From positions 1,472,001 through 1,536,000 of the forward strand of contig OZ244160.1 of assembly GCA_965216325.1 (NCBI GenBank): a stretch of DNA of 64,000 nt, read 5' to 3'. Shown piece after piece: positions 10,153 to 21,578 of the stretch. The translations under genes and the position numbers were made by a program. The stretch is from Coraliomargarita sp. Its GTDB lineage: Bacteria; Verrucomicrobiota; Verrucomicrobiia; Opitutales; Coraliomargaritaceae. The stretch's first letter is position 1, and every line of letters begins with the position of its first letter. The notes below the pieces were generated by a model, which saw only the letters and a list, made by a program, of their open reading frames with translations, ran no database searches and was not told where the DNA came from.

Positions 10153-11247
10153 ATGCCTGACGCACTCTCTATTCCGCTTCAAGACTTTCACGCCGCCCAC
10201 GGAGCTCGCTTCGTGCCCTTTGGAGGATGGAACATGCCTGTGCAATACACCAGCATTCTCGAGGAGCACACCGCTGTGCGCGAGGCAGCAGGCCTCTTCG
10301 ACGTCAGCCACATGGGCGAATTTCAGGTAGATGGCGCAGATGCGGCCGTTTTCCTAGACCGTCTCGTTGTCAACTCGATTGCCAAGGCTCCGATTGGCAA
10401 AGCAGTCTACTCACCGATGTGCACCAAGACCGGTGGCGTGGTTGACGACCTGATTGTTTACCGACTCGCCGAAGACAGCTTTCTGGTCTGCGTGAACGCC
10501 AGCAACATTGAGAAGGATTTCGGCTGGTTCCTCAAACAAGCCGAACGCTGGGCACTCGACGTGCAAATCGAAGACCACTCTAGCGAGTATGCGCTCTTGG
10601 CTCTGCAGGGCCCCAAAGCACAAGCGATTTTGGAGGCCGTTGGACTCGAATCCGTCGCTAAGCTCAAGCGTTTCTGGCATGTCGAAGCGCCTTTTGCAGG
10701 TGGCAAGATCCGCATCTGCCGCACCGGCTACACCGGCGAAGACGGTTTTGAAATTTACGTCAGCCCAGACAACGCCGAAGCGCTGGCCAAGCAAATCCTC
10801 GCCGAGGGCGAAGCCCACGACCTGAAGCTTTGCGGGCTCGGTGCCCGCGACAGCCTTCGCCTAGAAGCTGGCCTACCACTTTATGGCCATGAACTCAGCG
10901 ACGAGATCACTCCTCTCGAAGCCAGCCTCGATTGGACCGTGAAATTCAAGAAAGACGACTTCATCGGCAAAGACGCCCTCTCGGAGCAAAAAGAAAACGG
11001 CATTCCACGCCGCGTCATTCATTTCAAATTGGAAGGGCGACGCATCGCCCGCGAAGGCACCGCTGTCGTCAATGAAACAGGTGAAACCGTCGGGAAAGTG
11101 CTCTCTGGCACCTTATCACCCTTACTCGGCAGCCCGATCGGCAGCGCCATCGTCAAAGCCGAACACAAAGACAGCCCACTGAGTGTCGACCTACGCGGCA
11201 ACCATATCGCCCTCGATGTAGCCAAGCCACCGCTACACAAAGCTTAG
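10153..11247 (+). CDS. gcvT: Glycine cleavage system aminomethyltransferase T
   Basis: [43 protein letters not shown]. Confidence 0.95.
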   Translation: MPDALSIPLQDFHAAHGARFVPFGGWNMPVQYTSILEEHTAVREAAGLFDVSHMGEFQVDGADAAVFLDRLVVNSIAKAPIGKAVYSPMCTKTGGVVDDLIVYRLAEDSFLVCVNASNIEKDFGWFLKQAERWALDVQIEDHSSEYALLALQGPKAQAILEAVGLESVAKLKRFWHVEAPFAGGKIRICRTGYTGEDGFEIYVSPDNAEALAKQILAEGEAHDLKLCGLGARDSLRLEAGLPLYGHELSDEITPLEASLDWTVKFKKDDFIGKDALSEQKENGIPRRVIHFKLEGRRIAREGTAVVNETGETVGKVLSGTLSPLLGSPIGSAIVKAEHKDSPLSVDLRGNHIALDVAKPPLHKA

Positions 11248-11371
11248 GTCCAAACAACTCCGATCATCTAGGGCTTCTGCTTGCAGAATGCCGCCGCCCA
11301 TCGACTTGGCGCCGTGCACCCAAAGGGTATTTCACAAGCACGAGCCCGACCACTAGAAGATCAGACTCTGC

Positions 11372-12457
11372 CTAACTCTCAGACTCTGCCTCTTCGGCGA
11401 CTGGCTCCTCTGATGCGGCATCCGCTTCGGGTGCTTCCTCCGCTTGGATCATTGGGTTCTTTTCCGGGCGCGGCAGCGTCTTCACCGAGAACTCCAACTC
11501 TTGATCACCACGACGCACTTTAACCGGTGTAAACTGATTCGCACGGGTAAAGAAAATTGCGCTCGGCACGTCCGAGACATCCGCGATTTCGCGACCCGCG
11601 ATCGCAAGCACTTGATCCCCAACCAGTAGACCCGCCTCGGCAGCGGGACCATCGTCCACTAGGCGCGATAGCGTCACGTAGTTCGCTCCGTCGAGTTCAA
11701 CATTGGCCTTCACCTCTAGGCCCATCCAACCGTGGATGATCTTACCCGCAAAAAGCAAGTCATCGCGCACGCGTGCAACCGCATCCGGCGGCAAGCAATA
11801 GGATCCATCCAGTTCTGCAATTGAGGCAACCGACATGCCAATGAAACGCCCATTAATGTCGAACATCGGGCAACCGCCCTGCCCACCATCGACCGAGATC
11901 GAAGTGCGGAGATAGCCAGTTGGAAAGACACGCGGCCCAAGTTTCTTATCATAGCCCGTCACCATCCCCATTGCTGGGCTCGGCTCGAAATCAAGTGGGC
12001 AGGTAATCGCCATCGCTATCGAGCCCAATTCGGGGAGCGGCGCAGACGTATCGATTGCAATAATATCAAAATCCTCCGGGAGCTCGACCACACGGAGCAC
12101 CGAAATGTTGGTCAGGCGATCGTGGCCAACCGATTCAGTCGCATACGGTTTGCCCTCATATTCCACCCAAACCCGATCCGCACCAGCCGCGCGGCTTGCA
12201 CTGACCAGGAGATGGCCTTCTTTGCTAATGAAAAAGCCCGTGCCCACCCGCAGCATGACATCCAACTTTTGTTCACCCTCAGCAGCAGGACGCGGATTCG
12301 GGTTTTTGTAAGCTGCCTTCACGCGCACAATCGCACCGCGATTTTGCTGAAAGACATCCACCATGCGCTGCTGCAATGCCAATGCATCTGCAGGAACCGC
12401 AAACGTAGCAGAGGCCGCCACTAAGGCAAGCCAAAGGAAGCACACTAACCGAAGCAT
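11372..12457 (-). CDS. HtrA/S1C trypsin-like plus PDZ protein with substituted catalytic triad (probable pseudo-protease)
   Basis: Signal peptide, GTGFFIS, PDZ (GWMGL...GPAAEAGLLVGD). Triad positions read S88, N117, G194. Confidence 0.8.
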   Translation of the reverse strand: MLRLVCFLWLALVAASATFAVPADALALQQRMVDVFQQNRGAIVRVKAAYKNPNPRPAAEGEQKLDVMLRVGTGFFISKEGHLLVSASRAAGADRVWVEYEGKPYATESVGHDRLTNISVLRVVELPEDFDIIAIDTSAPLPELGSIAMAITCPLDFEPSPAMGMVTGYDKKLGPRVFPTGYLRTSISVDGGQGGCPMFDINGRFIGMSVASIAELDGSYCLPPDAVARVRDDLLFAGKIIHGWMGLEVKANVELDGANYVTLSRLVDDGPAAEAGLLVGDQVLAIAGREIADVSDVPSAIFFTRANQFTPVKVRRGDQELEFSVKTLPRPEKNPMIQAEEAPEADAASEEPVAEEAESES

Positions 12458-12468
12458 CCGAACAACCT

Positions 12469-13026
12469 CTAGAATGCGAGACTCGCCATCGTGGCGGTGC
12501 TACGGAAAGAACTGGATGCCGCATCGTCTGCGGAATATGCAGAACGGTCAAAAGCCACGACTTCCATGCGATCATGCGCGAACTCATGGCGGTAGACATC
12601 CGCGGAGGTCGCTTCGCTAGCGGAGATGGAGTCGATGCTGTAATCCATTTGACCGACTGCAGCGACGACCGCTGAAGTCGTCTCAATCGGCTGAGGGAAC
12701 ACATCGACCAGTGCTGCCGGCACATTGGATGCAAGCTGATTCGGCGACTCCTGCTCAATGCCAACCATTGCCGGACGAACCACGACCATCACTGCAAGTG
12801 CGGCTGCAGCAGTGGCAACAGCTCCCGCCTGAGCAATGCGTCCGGTAAGGCCACGAAACACTTGAGTATACCATGGGTCCTTCTTCACCAAGGAGGACAA
12901 CATGCGCTGGTGCAATTCGCGATCGAATTGATTCCAAAATTGTTCGTCAGGACGCTCGGAGCGTTTGAGACGAAGGAGGTCTTCAACTTTAATTTCCGTT
13001 TCAGGAGTGTTTGGTTGAGCAGCCAT
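12469..13026 (-). CDS. Probable membrane-anchored anti-sigma factor
   Basis: Directly downstream of ECF sigma; short cytoplasmic N-terminus (LLRLKRSERPDEQFW), single TM helix, low-complexity C-terminus. Confidence 0.6.
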   Translation of the reverse strand: MAAQPNTPETEIKVEDLLRLKRSERPDEQFWNQFDRELHQRMLSSLVKKDPWYTQVFRGLTGRIAQAGAVATAAAALAVMVVVRPAMVGIEQESPNQLASNVPAALVDVFPQPIETTSAVVAAVGQMDYSIDSISASEATSADVYRHEFAHDRMEVVAFDRSAYSADDAASSSFRSTATMASLAF

Positions 13027-13090
13027 AAAATTTTTTGAGCGGTCGTGTAGGGTCACGATCATGCGCAATCCATGCGCCAGAATAAGTCAG

Positions 13091-13726
13091 TTAGTGTATA
13101 TAGTCCTGTAAATAGGACTGAAGTTGTTGTTTTGCATAGTGGAGTCTGGAGCGCACGGTGCCCACGGAAGTTTTGGTAATTTCCGCGATCTCAGCGTGCT
13201 CAAGACCTTCAATTTCATGTAAAATAACGACTGTGCGATGTTTAGGAGACAATCTTTGCAGCGATTCGTTCAATTTTTCCTGCAATTCTTGCACAATTGC
13301 GCCCTTTTCACTGCGATTTTTTGCGGTGAGCTTCTCGACGATCTCCGAAGAATGAGCCTCTTCGTTGATATTTTCGTAGTTAATAAAGCGGCGACGACCC
13401 CGCTTCTTGAGGAAAGTCATCGTTGTATTGATCGCGATGCGATACAGCCAAGTGAAGAAAGCGGACTTCCCCTGAAAACGGCCAATCGCCTGAAAGGCCT
13501 TGATAAAGGCGTCCTGCGTCAGATCCGAGGCATCCTCGCGGTTACTGGTCATATTGTAGATGACCGAGAAGATTTGCTCACGATACTTCTGCACCAATTG
13601 ATCAAAGGCACCGACATTGCCGGCCTGCACCTGTTGCACAATTGCCCAGTCCAAGTCGCGTTGAGACGACGATGGAGCGCCTTCCGCCGAAGCGAAAGTC
13701 TTGGTGACTGAGCTTGTTGTTGCCAT
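13091..13726 (-). CDS. ECF sigma-70 factor (RpoE-like)
   Basis: AFDQLVQKY, DASDLTQDAFIKAF, FFTWLYRIAIN, GTVRSRLHYAK. Confidence 0.92.
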   Translation of the reverse strand: MATTSSVTKTFASAEGAPSSSQRDLDWAIVQQVQAGNVGAFDQLVQKYREQIFSVIYNMTSNREDASDLTQDAFIKAFQAIGRFQGKSAFFTWLYRIAINTTMTFLKKRGRRRFINYENINEEAHSSEIVEKLTAKNRSEKGAIVQELQEKLNESLQRLSPKHRTVVILHEIEGLEHAEIAEITKTSVGTVRSRLHYAKQQLQSYLQDYIH

Positions 13727-13780
13727 TAAGATACTCAAATAAAAGCAATTAGCACCAAAAATGCAAGAACGCTCGGCAGA

Positions 13781-13814
13781 ACAAAACAGGGCGCACCCAC
13801 TCGGATGCGCCCTG
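13781..13814 (-). terminator. Intrinsic terminator after galE
   Basis: cagggcgca-N10-tgcgccctg stem followed by TTTTGT on the minus strand. Confidence 0.7.
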
Positions 13815-13841
13815 CTGCAAATTGTATATTACCCCGGCAAT

Positions 13842-14837
13842 TTAACCGCGATCGTCATAACCCTTCGGATGTGACTCATGCCACTTCCAGGCGGTCGCGA
13901 TAATATCTTTAACGTCCGTGTATTGGATCTCCCAACCAAGCTCTTCCTGAGCCTTACGTGAGTCCGCATACAACGCAGGAGGGTCCCCCTCACGGCGCTC
14001 ATCCTCAACCACCGGAACCTTGAGGCCGGTCACTTCCTCGACTGCGGTGATGATTTCACGCACTGAATTCGGCGTGCCGGTTCCAAGATTGTAGAAGTAT
14101 TGGGCACCCGGCTCGGCGAGCTTGTCAAACACCGCGATGTGCGCGCGCGACAAGTCATCCACGTGGATGTAGTCACGTAGGCAAGTGCCGTCCGGTGTTG
14201 GATAGTCCGTGCCGAAGATCTTGATGTTATCCCGACGACCGGTGGCCGCATCGATCACCAATGGAATTAGGTGCGACTCAGGCGTGTGGTCTTCACCGAT
14301 AGTGCCATCTTCGGCTGCACCCGAAGCATTGAAGTAGCGGAATGCCGCGAAACTGAGACCATAGGCGTGCGCAAAGGCCTTGAGCATGTTCTCGACGTCC
14401 AGCTTAGTCTGGCCGTAAGGATTAATCGGTGCCTGTGGCAAATCCTCAACCAAGGGCAAGCTTTCCGGCACACCGAAGGTCGCGCAGGTCGAGGAAAACA
14501 CGAATTTCTTTACCCCATTCTCCAGCATCGCCTCCAACAGGCGTAGCGGCGCAACCAAGTTGTTATCGTAATACTTAATCGGTTCGGTAACCGACTCTCC
14601 CACATTAATGTAGGCGGCAAAATGCATCACCAAGTCGATCGACTCTTTGCGCAACACTTCGCCAACTGCAGCTTTGTCTCCTAGGTCACACTCGTAGAAT
14701 GCCACATCCTCGCTGACTGCTTTGCGATGCCCATAGACCAAGTTGTCTAAAACAACAGGTCGGTGCCCCGCAGCCTGCAGCTGACGGACGCAGTGACTAC
14801 CAATATAACCGGCTCCTCCAACGACTAATACGTTCAT
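13842..14837 (-). CDS. galE: UDP-glucose 4-epimerase
   Basis: GGAGYIGSH, FSSTCA, YGQTK, RYFN, DGTCLRDYIHV. Confidence 0.95.
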   Translation of the reverse strand: MNVLVVGGAGYIGSHCVRQLQAAGHRPVVLDNLVYGHRKAVSEDVAFYECDLGDKAAVGEVLRKESIDLVMHFAAYINVGESVTEPIKYYDNNLVAPLRLLEAMLENGVKKFVFSSTCATFGVPESLPLVEDLPQAPINPYGQTKLDVENMLKAFAHAYGLSFAAFRYFNASGAAEDGTIGEDHTPESHLIPLVIDAATGRRDNIKIFGTDYPTPDGTCLRDYIHVDDLSRAHIAVFDKLAEPGAQYFYNLGTGTPNSVREIITAVEEVTGLKVPVVEDERREGDPPALYADSRKAQEELGWEIQYTDVKDIIATAWKWHESHPKGYDDRG

Positions 14838-14985
14838 GGCGCAGGATAGAAAGCCTCCAGACTAGAGCTGTCGAAGCCAAAGTACTACGTGTTTACGGGA
14901 TGATCGATCTGCATTTGCGAATTAGCGAAACTTTTCCACTATTGACAGCCCCATATTAAAAGATGGTAACAATCTCCCCTTATCC

Positions 14986-16221
<1,236 letters not shown>

Positions 16222-16253
16222 GCCCCGATACACACTGCACACCTTTTAACATC

Positions 16254-16505
<252 letters not shown>

Positions 16506-16568
16506 GTCGAACTACAGAATCACTTTTTAAGTCGAGGTCGCAAGGCCTCGGCTTTTTAGTAGGCAAAC

Positions 16569-18002
16569 ATGAGCACCCGTCCCTCCCTCGACCAGCAACA
16601 CTTCGAAACCGTCATCATTGGCGCCGGCATGGCTGGTATGGCCGCAGGCATTCGCCTCGCACTGGCAGGCAAGCATGTCATCATCCTCGAGCGCCACAAC
16701 GCAGGCGGCGGACTCAACTCCTTCTACAGCATCGACGGCCGCAAATATGACGTCGGGCTGCACGCAATGACCAACTATGTGCCCAAGGGCACCAAAGGCA
16801 CGCCGCTCGCCAAGCTGCTACGCCAACTCCGCATCCCCTACGATGCGCTCGACCTCTGCCCGCAGTTCGGCTCACGTATCGCCTTCCCCGGCTGCGATCT
16901 GAAATTCAGCAACGACTTTGCTCTGCTCGAATCCGAAGTCGCCCGCGCCTTCCCGAAACAGATCGACGGCTTCCGCGCTCTAGCGCAAGAAGTGCGCACG
17001 CTCGACGCCTTCAACCTTGGCGCAATCCCAACTTCTGCACGTGCAGCCGTGCAACGTCACATCAGTGATCCACTTCTAGAAGACATGCTGTTCTGCCCGG
17101 TCATGTATTACGGCAGCGCCGAAGAGCACGACATGGACTACGGCCAATTCGCCATCATGTTCCGCTCGCTCTTCTTCGAAGGCTTCGCACGCCCATTCGA
17201 CGGCGTGCGCGTGATTATTCGCTTGCTACAGAACAAATATCGCGAGCTCGGCGGTGTCCGCAAAATGAAATGCGGCATCCAGAAGATCAACACCGAGGGC
17301 ACCCGCGCGACCTCCATTACATTGGACGACGGCTCTGTGATCACCGCCGATAAAATCATTTCCACTGCGGGTGCCGTCGAAACCGATCGCCTCTGCGCTG
17401 ACCAGCCAGCCGACGCGTCTGCAGAAAACATCGGTCAGCTCAGTTTCACCGAGACCATCACCGTGCTCGACAATCAGCCTGCCGACTTCGGCTGGGACGA
17501 CACCATCATCTTTTTCAACACCCGCGAGCGCTTTCACTACGCCCGCGTCGACGAAGGACTCGTCGATCCGACGAGCGGAGTCATCTGTTTTCCCAACAAC
17601 TACGACTACGGGGACGGCCGTCAGCTCGACGAAGGCTTCCTGCGCATCACAGCGATGGCCAACCACGACAACTGGTGCGCGCTCAACGAGGACGACTATC
17701 TCACGCAAAAAGAGCACTGGTATGGCGAGCTGCAGAAGGTTGCACTCAGCGTTTTACCCGACAGTCCGCTCTCGCTCGACGATCACCGCATCGCCAAGGA
17801 TATGTTCACCCCCCGCACCGTGCGCAAGTTCACTGGCCACCTGAACGGCGCGATCTACGGCGCACCGAACAAGATCAAGGACGGCCGCACCCATCTGGAC
17901 AACCTCTACCTAGCCGGCACGGACCAAGGCTTCCTCGGCATCGTCGGCGCCATGCTCAGCGGCATCTCCATGGCCAACCTGCACGTACTGCAAGGCAGCT
18001 AG
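16569..18002 (+). CDS. Phytoene desaturase (CrtI)-family FAD oxidoreductase
   Basis: IIGAGMAG, LERHNAGGG, YDVGLH, TPRT...GAIYG, NLYLAGTD...GIVGAMLSG. Confidence 0.8.
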   Translation: MSTRPSLDQQHFETVIIGAGMAGMAAGIRLALAGKHVIILERHNAGGGLNSFYSIDGRKYDVGLHAMTNYVPKGTKGTPLAKLLRQLRIPYDALDLCPQFGSRIAFPGCDLKFSNDFALLESEVARAFPKQIDGFRALAQEVRTLDAFNLGAIPTSARAAVQRHISDPLLEDMLFCPVMYYGSAEEHDMDYGQFAIMFRSLFFEGFARPFDGVRVIIRLLQNKYRELGGVRKMKCGIQKINTEGTRATSITLDDGSVITADKIISTAGAVETDRLCADQPADASAENIGQLSFTETITVLDNQPADFGWDDTIIFFNTRERFHYARVDEGLVDPTSGVICFPNNYDYGDGRQLDEGFLRITAMANHDNWCALNEDDYLTQKEHWYGELQKVALSVLPDSPLSLDDHRIAKDMFTPRTVRKFTGHLNGAIYGAPNKIKDGRTHLDNLYLAGTDQGFLGIVGAMLSGISMANLHVLQGS

Positions 18003-18007
18003 CGAAG

Positions 18008-18101
18008 ATAGCGCGCCGCTTCAGCCAGCGCTCATCAGAGCAGGAGCCAGCAGATTTCTAGGCTTACAACGCTAAGAGCGCTTGCTAAAGCGGCGCGCTA
18101 C
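18008..18101. repeat. REPIN (inverted pair of 26-bp family-A REPs) at the RAYT 3' flank
   Basis: atagcgcgccgcttcagccagcgctc (18008-18033) and gagcgcttgctaaagcggcgcgctac (18076-18101). Confidence 0.85.
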
Positions 18102-18718
18102 GACTCATCATCCGTCGTCAAACAACTCATTCGCCACGGATAGTCCGCCCAAGTTCGAACAAGCTTTGCTTTGACCGGATTCTCTCGGATGTAACAAATG
18201 GTTCTGTTGAGTTCGCCCTGGTTACGCATCCATCGATCAAACCAATCTTCCTGCCAGAAGCGCCCTTGTCGGCTCAGCTACAAATTCAAAACACGTCCCG
18301 AGCGCCCTTTGAATGATTTCAATAGCTGCTTCATCGAAAGCGAACGATCCGTGGCTTTAATCAACAGATGAATGTGATTGGGCAGAATCACCGCCTCCCC
18401 AACAGTCCATCCATCCTCATCGATGCGCTCGATTAAAGTCATCAGCAAAGCACAGCATTCACCGTCATTAAAAGGCGCAAAGCCGAAGCCTTGATCCAGA
18501 TACTTTTCAGCAGTCAGAAAGTATTGGCGTTGTAACTGATCAAAGGCCTCACTGCTCGCAGGAGTCGACTTGAGCGCCCCATGGATCTCGCGTATTTTCT
18601 GTTGCGCAGACAACGGCAGCGAGCCTTGACAACGAATGGTCACAAAATGCCAGTGATCTCGAACTTCCCAGTGCGGCAGGCGTGAACGCCAACGCTGCTT
18701 GGTCTGCAACAAATCCAT
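18098..18718 (-). pseudogene. REP-associated tyrosine transposase (RAYT, Y1/HUH) with in-frame amber stop at 18278-18280
   Basis: RLPHW...HFVT, VILPNHIHLL (HUH). After the TAG the same frame continues LSRQGRFWQEDWFDRWMRNQGELNRTICYIRENPVKAKLVRTWADYPW to TAG at 18098-18100. Confidence 0.88.
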
Positions 18719-18799
18719 GATCCACAACGCAACTCTGACTTAGTCAAAAAGCAAACGCTCTGAACAACAACTTCAATATCTACAGGCGTATCCGCAGTC

Positions 18800-18891
18800 G
18801 TAGCGTGCAGCTTTAGCAAACGCTCCCCGATCCAACGCAACACCACTGTTAGCTTACAACACGGAGAGCGCTTGCTAAAGCGGCGCGCTAC
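18800..18891. repeat. REPIN (family A) at the RAYT 5' flank
   Basis: gtagcgtgcagctttagcaaacgctc (18800-18825) and gagcgcttgctaaagcggcgcgctac (18866-18891). Confidence 0.88.
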
Positions 18892-18896
18892 GGCCA

Positions 18897-21557
18897 CTAA
18901 CACTCCAAACTATCCAGGATCTCCGAGATCAAAGCCGTCCAACCGGTTTGGTGACTCGCCCCGATGCCTCGTCCGGTGTCGGCATGAAAGTATTCATAGA
19001 AGAGCACAAGATCTTTGAAGTGCGGGTCCTCTTGATACTTCTGGTCGCCATCGTAGACTGCGCGCGCTCCGGACTCATCGCGGGTGAACAGGCAAGCGAT
19101 GCGGCCCTCAATGTGTTGCGCGATCTCTAATAAATTCATCTGATTGCCCGATCCCACAGGGCACTCCATCTTGAAGCTGTCGCCATAGAAATAATGGTAT
19201 TTCTCCAACGACTCCAAGAAGAGATAATTCAATGGCAACCAAATCGGACCACGCCAATTAGAGTTGCCACCAAACAACCATGAGTCGGACTCGCCCGCGG
19301 TGTAGTGCACCTGATGATCCGTACCATCGAGATGCAGATTGAATGGATGCTCCTTGTGGTGTTTCGACAACGAACGAATTCCATACGGAGACAAGAACTC
19401 GTCCTCATCCAACACATAACGCAGCACACGCTCCAAACGTTCACGCGATGGGATCGCCAGCAGATGCTTGCGCGTATCCGTTTCCAAACAATCGTAGAAA
19501 CTAATCTGGTCGCGCAAATCCTCACGATGCTCAAGGAACCAGCGCGCACGCTTCTGAAAGCCAGGAAGTCGCTGGATCACTCTATGATCGATCACCTCGA
19601 CAGCCATCAACGGGATTAGGCCCACCAAGGATCGAATCCGAATCGGGATATCCATGCCATCTACTTTAAGTAAGTCGTTATAGAAACCATCTTCTTCATT
19701 CCACAAGCCACTGCCACCCACCGTGTTCATCGCATCGGCAATGTTCATGAAGTGCTCGAAGAATTTTGAGGCGAGCGCATCATAGGAATCGTCCTCACTT
19801 GCCAACTCCAAAGCCATACTCAGCATGGTTGAACAATAAAACGCCATCCACGCCGTGCCATCGGCTTGCTGTAAGTGCGCACCACTCGGCAATTCCTCAG
19901 AGCGGTCAAAGGCACCGATATTATCCAGACCAAGGAAGCCTCCCGAGAAAAGGTTCTTGCCCGACTCGTCCTTGCGATTCACCCACCAAGTAAAATTGAT
20001 CAACAACTTCAGAAAGGCGTGCTTAAGAAACTTGGTATCCCGCTTACCTTTGGCGCCCGTCATCTTATAGACCCGCCAAACCGCCCAAGCATGCACAGGC
20101 GGATTCACGTCTCCAAAATTCCATTCATAGGCAGGGATCTGCCCGTTGGGATGCATATACCACTCGCGTAAAAACAAGGTCAGCTGATGCTTCGCAAACT
20201 CGGGGTCGATCCGGCAGAACGGGATCATGTGAAAGGCCAAATCCCACGCCGCAAACCATGGATACTCCCACTTATCAGGCATGCTAATCACATCCCGTGC
20301 GAAAAAATGCTTCCACTCAGAATTGCGCCCCTCCAAGCGTTGCTCGGGCGGCGCGATCTGCCCCGAATCGCCCTTCAACCAGTCATTCACTGAGTAATGG
20401 AAAAACTGCTTGGTCCACAGCAACCCGGCATAAGCCTGCCGCTCAATATTGCGGCGATCCGGACACTCCTTCTTTGGCCCGAGTTGCTCATAAAACGTAT
20501 CCGTTTCTCGGATACGTTTTCTAAAAATCGCATTAAACTCTTTGCCAAACGGCAGCCCTGGCCGCTCATCCTTGGAGGCCAAGCGACAACGAATTTCAAC
20601 CGATCCGCCAGCGGGAACCTCAAAGCGATAATGCACAGCCGCCTTGGTGCCCAACTGCTGTGGATTCACCGCATCCGACTCCCCTTTCACCACACAGCGA
20701 TGGAATCCGTCCTTCACATACGGCGTGCAGGAATCATGCCCCCACAGCGCCCGAGTATTGGTTTCGTTCTCCGTAAACAACCACTGACCTTCGACATCCG
20801 CTTCCGCCCAGAAATAAAACTGCCCCAGACTACTGTGTTCCAGCAGCACCGAGCCATCCTCCTGTAAGCACATCGACGGCTTCAGTGTGCAGCCCTCATG
20901 TTCGCAGCCCCACGCCCAGGTGTTACGATACCAAATCGTTGGCAAAACATGCAGTTCCGCAGCATCAGGTCCACGATTGTGGATGCGCATGCGAATCAAT
21001 AAGTCATTCGGGCTTTGCTTCGCATACTCGACTTCGCAGTCGAAATAACGCCCGTCGTCAAACACATCCGTATCATCGATCTCAAACTCAGCATCGTGCA
21101 GTCCACGCGCTCTCGAACCTGCACGCAGCGCCTCGTACGGATAGGCTGCTTGGGGATATTTGTAGAGCCCCTTCGCATAGGCATGCGTCGGCAGCGAATC
21201 CAAATAGTAGTAGAGCTCTTTGACGTCCTCCCCGTGATTCCCCTCGGGCCCGGTCAGTCCGAATAAACGCTCTTTCAGGTGCGGGTCGTTGCCATTCCAC
21301 AGTGCTGGCGCAAAGCAGAGACGGCATTCACGATCCGTAAAGCCCATCAAGCCATCCTCCCCCCACCGATAGGCGCGCGAAATGGAATGCTCATAGGGAA
21401 ACGATGCCCAGGCATTACCATCCTCCGAGTAGTCCTCACGAACTGTGCCCCACTGACGCTCCGATAGATACGGCCCCCAGCGCTGCCAATTCATAATGTG
21501 CTCCGCTGACTCCTTGAGTCGGACATTCTCCGGGTGCTTGGGGTTGGGCTTATACAT
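18897..21557 (-). CDS. GH63/MGH1-like glycoside hydrolase
   Basis: WGPYLSERQWGTVREDYS, MPDKWEYPWFAAWDLAFH, GGNSNWRGPIW, GASHQTGWT. Confidence 0.85.
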   Translation of the reverse strand: MYKPNPKHPENVRLKESAEHIMNWQRWGPYLSERQWGTVREDYSEDGNAWASFPYEHSISRAYRWGEDGLMGFTDRECRLCFAPALWNGNDPHLKERLFGLTGPEGNHGEDVKELYYYLDSLPTHAYAKGLYKYPQAAYPYEALRAGSRARGLHDAEFEIDDTDVFDDGRYFDCEVEYAKQSPNDLLIRMRIHNRGPDAAELHVLPTIWYRNTWAWGCEHEGCTLKPSMCLQEDGSVLLEHSSLGQFYFWAEADVEGQWLFTENETNTRALWGHDSCTPYVKDGFHRCVVKGESDAVNPQQLGTKAAVHYRFEVPAGGSVEIRCRLASKDERPGLPFGKEFNAIFRKRIRETDTFYEQLGPKKECPDRRNIERQAYAGLLWTKQFFHYSVNDWLKGDSGQIAPPEQRLEGRNSEWKHFFARDVISMPDKWEYPWFAAWDLAFHMIPFCRIDPEFAKHQLTLFLREWYMHPNGQIPAYEWNFGDVNPPVHAWAVWRVYKMTGAKGKRDTKFLKHAFLKLLINFTWWVNRKDESGKNLFSGGFLGLDNIGAFDRSEELPSGAHLQQADGTAWMAFYCSTMLSMALELASEDDSYDALASKFFEHFMNIADAMNTVGGSGLWNEEDGFYNDLLKVDGMDIPIRIRSLVGLIPLMAVEVIDHRVIQRLPGFQKRARWFLEHREDLRDQISFYDCLETDTRKHLLAIPSRERLERVLRYVLDEDEFLSPYGIRSLSKHHKEHPFNLHLDGTDHQVHYTAGESDSWLFGGNSNWRGPIWLPLNYLFLESLEKYHYFYGDSFKMECPVGSGNQMNLLEIAQHIEGRIACLFTRDESGARAVYDGDQKYQEDPHFKDLVLFYEYFHADTGRGIGASHQTGWTALISEILDSLEC

Positions 21558-21578
21558 AAGGTCTCATAGTACTCAGCA

